A DNA stretch of 64,000 bases from positions 233,456 to 297,455 of the forward strand of contig CAVSOL010000017.1 of NCBI GenBank assembly GCA_963729535.1, written 5' to 3'. The DNA comes from an uncultured Pseudomonadota bacterium (GTDB lineage Bacteria > Myxococcota_A > Polyangia > Fen-1088). The notes beneath the pieces are model-generated. The model was not told the DNA's origin, did not search any database, and saw only the letters and a list, made by a program, of their open reading frames with translations. A program made the position numbers and the translations under genes. This document shows positions 50,348-57,498 of the stretch, in pieces. Positions within the stretch are counted from its first letter, which is position 1. Each line of letters opens with the position of its first letter.

Positions 50348-51120
50348 AGCGTCCCTCCCACGCCGATCGAGGGCATGATCCCCCAGACCGAGACGCCGTT
50401 GCCCGAGCGCTGCTCGCGTTCGTACACCACCGAGGCGTCGATGCGCGCGAACAGCTTGGGCGTGAAGAACACCAGCAGGCCCAGGCCCGTGTCGGCCGAC
50501 GGCCCCGTGTCGCCGTCGTGGACGTGCAGGCCGCCGCGCGCGAACACCTGAGGCTCGAAGTGCAGCACGCCGCCCAGGCCGCCCACCATCAGCTTGCCGT
50601 AGCCGATGGAGTAACGCGCCCCCGCCAGCATCAGCCAGCCGGGCGCGTGGCTGTCCGGGATCGCGCCCAGCGTCTCCTTGATGCGCTCCGCCTCGGCGTT
50701 GAGCGAGCTCCAGAAGTGCGACACCTGCAGCTCGATTCCGAGCTGCTCGAGCAGGTAATACGTGCCGCCGGCGCGGAAGCCGGGGCTGATATAGAAGTCG
50801 CCGCGCGACAGGTACGCGAACCCGCCGGAGATCTGGAACTGCTTCGACTTGACCGCGTAGCGCGACTGCACGCGCACGGCGGTCACGGGGCGCGGCGCCG
50901 GGTCGGCGATCAGGCCGCGCGCGGGGGCGAGCGGCGCGGTCGCCGCCGCCGTCAGCGGCGTGGCCGCGGGCGCCGTGGTCGCCGCCGCGGGCGCGGGCGT
51001 CGCCGCGATCGGCTTCGACGCCGCGGGGGCCGAGGCCGCCGCCACGCGCCTAGTTGTCGTCGTCGTGGCGACGACTGTGACAACTAGGCAGGCGGCCAGC
51101 GTCGTCGAGCGCATCGACAT
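50344..51120 (-). CDS. Predicted outer-membrane beta-barrel protein (myxobacterial OMP beta-barrel-like)
   Basis: This is the C-terminal part of ORF 50344..52500, starting at MSMRSTTLAACLVVTVVA. Ala/Pro/Thr-rich linker, then YAVKSKQFQISGGFAYLS..ARYSIGYGKLMVGG..SIGVGGTL. Confidence 0.65.
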   Translation of the reverse strand: MSMRSTTLAACLVVTVVATTTTTRRVAAASAPAASKPIAATPAPAAATTAPAATPLTAAATAPLAPARGLIADPAPRPVTAVRVQSRYAVKSKQFQISGGFAYLSRGDFYISPGFRAGGTYYLLEQLGIELQVSHFWSSLNAEAERIKETLGAIPDSHAPGWLMLAGARYSIGYGKLMVGGLGGVLHFEPQVFARGGLHVHDGDTGPSADTGLGLLVFFTPKLFARIDASVVYEREQRSGNGVSVWGIMPSIGVGGTL

Positions 51121-52790
51121 CAGTAGTCCTTGCTCGTGCAAAACGGGCTGTCCACCCATGACTCCTGGCCCATGCCACTCGGCGTGACGTAGCCGTGGTC
51201 CTCGCAGTAGCGCGTGCAGATCTGATAGTTGACGCGCACCTGGGCCGCGACGAACGAGCTCCCCGGCACCTCCACCTGTTCGGGCAGCCCGACCAGGTAT
51301 GCCGGCGGATCGGCGGTCGTGATCTCCCAGCTCGGCTCGAAGATCGGGATCGCGTATGGCCCGGCCGACGACACCGGGAGGATCTCGGGGCTCGACGTGC
51401 AGATCTTGATCCGCTTTCCGGCATGGGTCTCGACGTCCTGGGGCGACAGCAGGTGCACGGGAACGTCCGAGCTGTGAAGCTGCGTCCTGAAGGGGAGGTT
51501 GCCCCTTTGGTAGGTGTCCAGCATCAGCTCGAAGGTCGGGTCGTCGTAGGTCAGCCAGGGCTCGGGGTACATCCACGGCAGCTCGGACAGCGTTCTCGTC
51601 GTCGGCGGGGAGAACATCCAGGCGAACGTCTGCAGGGTGTGGCCGGGGGGCGGCCCGGCGAGCGCGGCGAACAGCTCCTCGAGCGACTGGGTCAGCTTCG
51701 GCGGCAGAAACCCATCCGAGTTGTTGAAATACAAGAAGTGGTACTGGTGATGGACCTCTGTGAACGTCGTGACGGTCTGCTTGACGGCGTCCGCGATCTG
51801 GGCGGCCGCGACCGTGCGGCCGGTGGGCTGGTGGCAGCCCGGTGACAGGTCGATCGTCGGCAGCTTGCGGACGACCGCTTTGTCGCCCCTCATGTATTCC
51901 GCCGTGAGGCTCTCGATGGTCGCCGCCGCCTCCGCGCAGCGGTCGGCGAGCGGAATCTCCAGATCCAGGACCACCTGGTAGATGATCGGCGACGTCTCGA
52001 TCGGCGGGTTCAGCACCTGCTGCGCCGTCACGACCTCGGGCAGGGTGGCGATGGGCGCCTGCAGCATCGCCCTGTCGCCGTTGTCGGTTGGCACCGGGCG
52101 GACGGCGACGCAATACCGGCCGGCCGCGGTCAGCGGCTTGTCGGGTGGAATACCGGCCATGAGATCCAGCGGGTGAAACACCACGTCGTCGGGCGGCGTA
52201 TCGGCAACGCACACACCGGCCGTTGGCCACAGGGCGCGCTCGAACTGCCGGGGGAACTTGTAGTCCCCGGCGCTGCCGACGGCGTCCGTCAGGTTGACGA
52301 AAACGGGGTCGTTCTTGAAGTTGAAGAACGCCTTCATCGTGAACGAATCGGCGATGGTTTTCGACTTGGCCGGCGCGCCGGGCAACTCGCCATAGGCCTC
52401 GTGAACCGCCCGGACTGGACGAAACTGTCCGGCCGGCGGGCGCTGCGGGTAGTGGCCACGCACGACGTATTGCGCGCAGCTGTGCGTGCCGTCGCCGCAC
52501 GCGACGACGCCGCCGGTGAACAGCGAGCGCGAGAAGTCGACGGGCTGGTAGCCATCGGGGCCGAGCAGCTCGAACCGCGCCTCATCAACGGGGGCGGTTG
52601 CCTCGACACGCCAGCGCACGATCGTAAGGTGCTCCTGCGCGCTATAAACCAGCTCGACATTCTGTGGGGTGAAGGGCGACGGCAGGAAATGAACGTCGCC
52701 GCAGCCGACGACGGCGGTCGTCAGCAGCGCCATCCACGCCAGGCAGCGATGGCGGCCGGATTGCTTTGTGGGAGACTGAGGAGCAAGCAT
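51120..52790 (-). CDS. Large hypothetical lipoprotein (556 aa), first gene of the operon
   Basis: Lipobox LLTTAVVGC. Intact ORF with lower Arg/Ala bias than its neighbours and 10+ Cys. Its stop shares 1 nt with the next start (TGATG). Confidence 0.65.
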   Translation of the reverse strand: MLAPQSPTKQSGRHRCLAWMALLTTAVVGCGDVHFLPSPFTPQNVELVYSAQEHLTIVRWRVEATAPVDEARFELLGPDGYQPVDFSRSLFTGGVVACGDGTHSCAQYVVRGHYPQRPPAGQFRPVRAVHEAYGELPGAPAKSKTIADSFTMKAFFNFKNDPVFVNLTDAVGSAGDYKFPRQFERALWPTAGVCVADTPPDDVVFHPLDLMAGIPPDKPLTAAGRYCVAVRPVPTDNGDRAMLQAPIATLPEVVTAQQVLNPPIETSPIIYQVVLDLEIPLADRCAEAAATIESLTAEYMRGDKAVVRKLPTIDLSPGCHQPTGRTVAAAQIADAVKQTVTTFTEVHHQYHFLYFNNSDGFLPPKLTQSLEELFAALAGPPPGHTLQTFAWMFSPPTTRTLSELPWMYPEPWLTYDDPTFELMLDTYQRGNLPFRTQLHSSDVPVHLLSPQDVETHAGKRIKICTSSPEILPVSSAGPYAIPIFEPSWEITTADPPAYLVGLPEQVEVPGSSFVAAQVRVNYQICTRYCEDHGYVTPSGMGQESWVDSPFCTSKDY

Positions 52791-52914
52791 GGAGAGCGGA
52801 TCATTCGGCCCCGCGGCGCCAAGACCGAAGCAAAAACCATGCTTACCGCTACTGCCGGGGCGGGGCTCCCCGGCGAGCAGTCTTCTCGCGATTGTCCCTC
52901 AATTTTGTGAAACT

Positions 52915-53409
52915 ATGATCAGAATGTCGCGAACATGGTGTGCAGTCCTCCGCACTTCATGTCTGATTTTAGCGGTCTTCGTGGCGGGTTGCTGCGGTGG
53001 TGGACCGACGCACAAGTGTGACTTCACCCCACCCAACCTCAACATGAATGACGGGGGGGTCGACGGGCAGCTCCTCTGCGGGACCATGGCCTGCGAGCTC
53101 CCCCAGGTCTGTTGCGTGAAGAAGGTGCCGCTGACCGCCTGGTGCATCGACCAGGCCGATTTCATCCCCCTCGGTTGCGAGAAGGCGGACCTCCCCTGCC
53201 TGGGGCCCAGCGACTGCCCGGCCGGTCTGACCTGCTGCCTGTCCTGGTCGCAGCTGTCGGTGTCTTGCCGCCCCGTCCAGCTCTGTCCCAACGACATGAT
53301 GGACACCTACCGGGTCTGCACCGAGGACTCGGATTGTCCCAGCGGGCAGCTCAACGCGTGCATGGAGGTCTCCATGACGGACCAGGGCGCGCTCAGCATC
53401 TGTTTCTGA
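52915..53409 (+). CDS. Cys-rich small lipoprotein (19 Cys from the lipobox onward)
   Basis: Lipobox AVFVAGCCGG. Repeated SDCPxG motifs (SDCPAGLTCC, SDCPSGQLNAC). Divergent from the operon start. Confidence 0.6.
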   Translation: MIRMSRTWCAVLRTSCLILAVFVAGCCGGGPTHKCDFTPPNLNMNDGGVDGQLLCGTMACELPQVCCVKKVPLTAWCIDQADFIPLGCEKADLPCLGPSDCPAGLTCCLSWSQLSVSCRPVQLCPNDMMDTYRVCTEDSDCPSGQLNACMEVSMTDQGALSICF

Positions 53410-53425
53410 CGACCAGGGCGGTCGG

Positions 53426-54934
53426 TCAGTTTCGCTCGGCGGCGAGGCGCTGGGACTCGCGCAGCTCCGCGATGGCTTCGTCCACCCGCCCCATCGCTCG
53501 CAACACCAGCCCCAGGTTTTCGTGAGCGGCGGCGTAGCGCGGGTTGATGGCGACCTCGGCGCGCAGGTGGGTCTCCGCTTCCGGGAGCCGCCCCTGGCTC
53601 ATCAGGATGACGCCCAGGTTGTTGTGCGCGATGGTCTCGGCGGCGTCTTCGGCCAGCGCGGCTTCGTATTCGCGCCGGGCGGCGTCGATGTCGCCGGCGA
53701 GGTGTAACGTGACGCCGAGGTTCTTGTGCGCGAGCGACGAGTGCGGTGAGCCGCGCACGGCGGCCTCGGCGAACGTGCGGCGATCGCGGAAGTTGCCGGC
53801 GTGGACGAACGACGCGGCCGCGAACACCGCGATGACGGCCGCGCCGGCGGCGACCTTCGCGGGCGCGGGCGCGCGGACCGCGCGCGCTATCTCGCACACC
53901 GCGACGACGATCGCGATCGCCGCCAGGTAGAGCCTGCTCTCGAGCGCCAGCAGCGTCGACGCGGGCAGGTTGGGGGCGACGAAGGCGACGAAGCAGCCGA
54001 GCGCGAACGCGAGCTGCGGCCGCCGGACGCCGCGCACGAACAACGCGGCGAGCAGCGCGACGGCAGCGACGATGCCCGGCCACAGCAGGGTGTCCTCGGG
54101 CGTCGCCAGCACCGACAGCTTGATGGGGAACACGAGCTTGCCCAGGCTGGTGAGGAACAGCGACGCATTCGCCGCCGCGCGCCCGAGCGACACGCCCGCC
54201 GCCCCGATGCCCTGATCGAGGACGCGCGCGCGCGCGATGACGTACACGGCGAACGCGCCGGTCCAGCCGCCGAGCAGCCACGGCGCGGCCAGGCTGCGCC
54301 ACGGCCTGCGATCGACGACCAGCGCATGGGCGACGAACACGAACGGCAGCACGATCGCCGTCTCCTTCGACAGCAGGGCGGCGAGCAGGGCGGCCGCGTG
54401 CCCGACGCGGCTGGGAAGCCTGCCGGGGCCCGGTTGCCACGCGCGCGCGAAACACAGCCAGGCGGCGAGCGCCGCGCCGCCGAGCAGCAGATCGGTGCGC
54501 GCCGGGATCCACGCGACGCTCGACGCGAGCGCCGGGTGTGCCGCGAACGCGAGGGCGCCGCCGAGCGCGACACCATCACGGTGGCCGAGCCGGCGCAGCA
54601 GCAGGAACACCAGGCAGGCGGCCGCGGCGTGCAGCAGCAGGTTGGTGGTGTGGTGGGCGCGCGGCGCGCTCACGGGCCAGCGGGCGTCGAGCGCGAACGA
54701 CGCGGTCACCAGCGGTCGGTAGTACGCGTGGTCGCGCTGGGCGGCCGGGAAATACGGGCGCGCGAACGCGCGCCACACGCTGGACGGCTCGGCGAAGAAG
54801 CGCTGTTGCCCGAGGACCAGCGCGTCGTCGTCCAGGTACGAATAGTCGAACGTGATCGTCCGCGCGTGCAGCGCGACGGCGAACACGGCGACCACCGCCA
54901 GCGCGAGCAGCGTGCGTTTCGCGTCGGGCGCCAA
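53426..54934 (-). CDS. Polytopic membrane protein with C-terminal TPR repeats (GT39/TMTC-like glycosyltransferase architecture)
   Basis: About 10 TM helices, then NLGVTLHLAGDIDAARREYEAALAEDA..HNNLGVILMSQGRLPEAE..NPRYAAAHENLGLVL. TTG start in the ORF track. Confidence 0.75.
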   Translation of the reverse strand: MAPDAKRTLLALAVVAVFAVALHARTITFDYSYLDDDALVLGQQRFFAEPSSVWRAFARPYFPAAQRDHAYYRPLVTASFALDARWPVSAPRAHHTTNLLLHAAAACLVFLLLRRLGHRDGVALGGALAFAAHPALASSVAWIPARTDLLLGGAALAAWLCFARAWQPGPGRLPSRVGHAAALLAALLSKETAIVLPFVFVAHALVVDRRPWRSLAAPWLLGGWTGAFAVYVIARARVLDQGIGAAGVSLGRAAANASLFLTSLGKLVFPIKLSVLATPEDTLLWPGIVAAVALLAALFVRGVRRPQLAFALGCFVAFVAPNLPASTLLALESRLYLAAIAIVVAVCEIARAVRAPAPAKVAAGAAVIAVFAAASFVHAGNFRDRRTFAEAAVRGSPHSSLAHKNLGVTLHLAGDIDAARREYEAALAEDAAETIAHNNLGVILMSQGRLPEAETHLRAEVAINPRYAAAHENLGLVLRAMGRVDEAIAELRESQRLAAERN

Positions 54935-55076
54935 GGCCGTGTATTAACGCGCGGGCGCGCGCCTGTCATTCGTCGTTGTCGTAGCGGTCGTCGTCGTGGT
55001 GGTCCCTTGCGGTGGCGTCGTCGTCGCGGTCGTGGCCGAGCGGGCGGAGCAACGCGGGTGACGCTATGTTTGCGGC

Positions 55077-55835
55077 ATGCTGCGAGCTGCCGCCTCGTTC
55101 GTGGTGCTGGTGACGCTGGGGTCGAGCGCGGCGGTCTGCGCCGCGCGGGCGCCCGTTCGCGCCGAACCGCTCCCGTACATCGAGATCGTCACGGGCGGCG
55201 CGTCGCCCGACGCCGAGCTGCCGCTGGTGATCGCGCTGCACGGTCGCGGCGACACGCCTGACGGGTTCGCGCCGCTGTTCAAAGGTTGGGACGTACGCGC
55301 GCGTGTCATCATCCCGCGCCCGCCACACCCGTGGAGCGGCGGCCACGCGTGGACCCCGCACGATCACCTCGCGCGCGACAAGGGTCCGGCGATCGCGTCG
55401 GACCTGATCGGGCTCGCGGATCGGGTAGTCGCCACCGCCGACGCTGTCCGCCGCGCGCGGCCGACGCGGGGCGCGGGCGTGGTCATGGGGTTCTCGCAGG
55501 GCGGGATGATGGCGTGGACGATCGCGATCCGGCATCCGCGCGCGTTCACCGCCGCCTTTCCAGTCGCCGGCTTCCTGTTTGCGGAGGTGCTGGAGCGCCA
55601 GAGCATCGCGGGCGTGCGGCTGCCGCCGATCGTCGCGTTCCACGGCACGGCCGACCAGCTCGTGCCGCTAGCCGACGACCGGCGCGGCGTGAAGGTGCTC
55701 GAGCAGAAGGGCGGCCGCGCTGACCTGCGCATCTACGACGGCGTCGGGCACGAGATCCCCCCGACGCTGCGTACGGACCTGTTCAGGGAAATGGCGGCCG
55801 CGTTGATGCGCGCTGACGCGGCAGGTCAGAAATGA
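55077..55835 (+). CDS. Secreted phospholipase/carboxylesterase-family alpha/beta hydrolase
   Basis: Signal peptide, LVIALHGRGDTPDGF, nucleophile elbow GFSQGG and FHGTADQLVP..DGVGHEI. Confidence 0.85.
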   Translation: MLRAAASFVVLVTLGSSAAVCAARAPVRAEPLPYIEIVTGGASPDAELPLVIALHGRGDTPDGFAPLFKGWDVRARVIIPRPPHPWSGGHAWTPHDHLARDKGPAIASDLIGLADRVVATADAVRRARPTRGAGVVMGFSQGGMMAWTIAIRHPRAFTAAFPVAGFLFAEVLERQSIAGVRLPPIVAFHGTADQLVPLADDRRGVKVLEQKGGRADLRIYDGVGHEIPPTLRTDLFREMAAALMRADAAGQK

Positions 55836-55899
55836 AGCGTCGGCGCGAGAGCTGTCGATCCGGCTGACCCACGTTCGTCGTGAAGACGCGTAGGGCATA

Positions 55900-55916
55900 G
55901 ACGGGCTTCGCCCGTC
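55900..55916 (+). terminator. 7-bp GC hairpin after the esterase gene (no U-tract)
   Basis: GACGGGC ttc GCCCGTC, 65 nt after the stop at 55835. Confidence 0.3.
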
Positions 55917-55938
55917 GGAGCCCAGCGCGGGAGGGTTT

Positions 55939-55959
55939 GGGAACCCTCCCAGGGTTCCC
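55939..55959. promoter_or_regulatory. Perfect 9-3-9 palindrome GGGAACCCT-CCC-AGGGTTCCC. This is copy 2 of the repeated leader motif, which spans 55926..55959.
   Basis: Read directly from the sequence. It lies 20 nt upstream of the YciI-like ATG, with AGGAGG between them. An alternative, mutually exclusive stem is GAGGGTT (55931-37) / AACCCTC (55942-48). Confidence 0.6.
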
Positions 55960-55978
55960 GTTTGGACAGGAGGTCACG

Positions 55979-56392
55979 ATGCGATTCATGATGCTGATGA
56001 TCCCGAAGGGATACGAGACGGCGGCGCCGGGCGTGATACCGGACGCGAAAGGCATCGCCGCGATGATGAAGTTCAACGAATCGCTGCAGAAGGCGGGCGT
56101 GTTGCTGGCGGTGGACGGCCTGCACCCGCCGTCGATGGGCGCGCGCGTGAGGTTCGCGGGCGGCAAGCCGAAGGTGACTGACGGGCCGTTCGCCGAGGCG
56201 AAGGAGGTGCTGGGCGGTTACTGGATGATCGACGTGAAGTCGAAGGACGAGGCGATCGCCTGGGCGTCCCGCTGCCCCTGCTCGGACAACGAGATGATCG
56301 AAGTGCGCCAGGTCCAGGAGATGAGCGACTTCCCGCCCAGCACGCTGACGGGCCGCGAGGCAGAGCTGCACAAGGCGCTGGCTGGCAAATAG
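55979..56392 (+). CDS. YciI-like (DGPF-domain) protein
   Basis: MRFMMLMIPKGYE..KVTDGPFAEAKEVLGGYWMIDVKSKDEAIAWASRCP. Confidence 0.85.
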   Translation: MRFMMLMIPKGYETAAPGVIPDAKGIAAMMKFNESLQKAGVLLAVDGLHPPSMGARVRFAGGKPKVTDGPFAEAKEVLGGYWMIDVKSKDEAIAWASRCPCSDNEMIEVRQVQEMSDFPPSTLTGREAELHKALAGK

Positions 56393-56540
56393 CGGCGGTA
56401 CAAATTCGACGCGCGTCAGGCGAGCAACGCCGATGGCAAGGTACGCAAATAGCAGACGCCGTTGTCGCTAAACCATCGTTGCGCGGGGCCGGCGGAGGAC
56501 GGTCTCCACGAACGTCAGCGTAAACAGACAGATTCAGAGG

Positions 56541-56555
56541 TTGCCCCTAGGGCAA
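56541..56555. promoter_or_regulatory. Perfect 6-3-6 palindrome TTGCCC-CTA-GGGCAA upstream of the LuxR-type gene
   Basis: Read directly from the sequence. It lies 52 nt upstream of the ATG at 56607, in a low-GC intergenic region. Confidence 0.35.
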
Positions 56556-56606
56556 AAGCGCACACAAACTGAAACTATCGTCGTTGCGCGGAAGGAGGCC
56601 CCCCTG

Positions 56607-57194
56607 ATGGTCGACGAGGTCGACGAGGTCGAGGCGACGAAGGCGATTGTGTTGCTTTGCACGCAGGACAGACCGACGGGCAGGTCCTACGTAGAGGCGT
56701 TAGAGAAGGCGACCATCCCGGTCGAGTGGGTGAGGACGCACTCGGAGCTGCAAACGCGGCTCGATCGCATGGACCTGCCCAGGCCAACGCTGGTGATGGT
56801 GCTTCCGTCCCGGCAGGCGCCGCTGCACCCCAGCGAGCTGGCGAACATGGCGTCGCGACTCGCGTCGGACGGGGGCGGCGAGTCGGGCGCACAGGTGTCC
56901 CGCTCGGCGCTCGACGATACGCTCAATATCTATTGCACGATGCGCGGGCTCAGCCGGCGGCAGCGGCAGGTGCTGGAGCTTTACTTGATTGGCAACAACG
57001 ACAAGGAGATCGCCGACTCATTCGGTTGTTCAGTGGCAACCGTCTACGAGCACTGGCGCCGGATGGCACGAAAGGCCAATGGCGTGCACAAGTCCGACGC
57101 CATCAACGACTTTCACCGCTTTCTGGGCGGGCGGTCCGACAACGACGTCATCCCGAGCTTGCCTGCTTCTCCTCGTCCGTCGAACCTGCGGTAG
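56607..57194 (+). CDS. LuxR/GerE-type HTH regulator with a degenerate receiver-like N-terminus
   Basis: GGAAGGAGG RBS. HTH: LSRRQRQVLELYLIGNNDKEIADSFGCSVATVYEHWRRMARK. The N-terminus (AIVLLCTQD..TLVMVLPS) lacks the acidic pocket and phospho-acceptor Asp. Confidence 0.8.
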   Translation: MVDEVDEVEATKAIVLLCTQDRPTGRSYVEALEKATIPVEWVRTHSELQTRLDRMDLPRPTLVMVLPSRQAPLHPSELANMASRLASDGGGESGAQVSRSALDDTLNIYCTMRGLSRRQRQVLELYLIGNNDKEIADSFGCSVATVYEHWRRMARKANGVHKSDAINDFHRFLGGRSDNDVIPSLPASPRPSNLR

Positions 57195-57226
57195 CCGCCG
57201 CCGGCTCGGGCTGACCAAGCTGTGCA

Positions 57227-57433
57227 GTGACTGACGGACGCGCGCTACTGCGGAACGGAGATGGTCTGGTCAGGCGCGGCGCCGAGCCTCTGGGGTTTCC
57301 GACGCCGTTTTACGACGAGCGCCCGAGCAAGGTGTTCATCGCGCGCGGCGGCGCGCACGGGCTGACCAGCGAGCCCGCGCTGACCCTGTCCGGTGCGCCC
57401 GGCTACGGCGTCGCCTTCACGGCGGGCGACTAG
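57227..57433 (+). CDS. Possible small ORF (68 aa) of unknown function
   Basis: Third-position GC is strong in this frame from codon ~28 onward (FYDERPSKVFIARGGAHGLTSEPALTLSGAPGYGVAFTAGD). It has a GTG start and no recognisable RBS or family. Confidence 0.3.
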   Translation: MTDGRALLRNGDGLVRRGAEPLGFPTPFYDERPSKVFIARGGAHGLTSEPALTLSGAPGYGVAFTAGD

Positions 57434-57498
57434 AGCCCGCAACACCGAGCCTGGGCGCTCAGGCTTCGGGTTGATTCCTCCGATCAACTGGATGACGC

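Noticed and set aside
40356-52790. The cluster as a degraded flagellar operon
   Set aside because: There are no fliF, fliM/fliN, export-apparatus, rod/hook or flagellin remnants in any frame of the window. The neighbouring genes are intact, translationally coupled lipoproteins and barrels, not decayed flagellar genes.
54966-55076. An acidic tail ORF (..HDRDDDATARDHHDDDRYDNDE) in the intergenic region on the minus strand
   Set aside because: It has no plausible start codon or RBS within the intergenic part. The rest of the ORF is antisense to the esterase gene.
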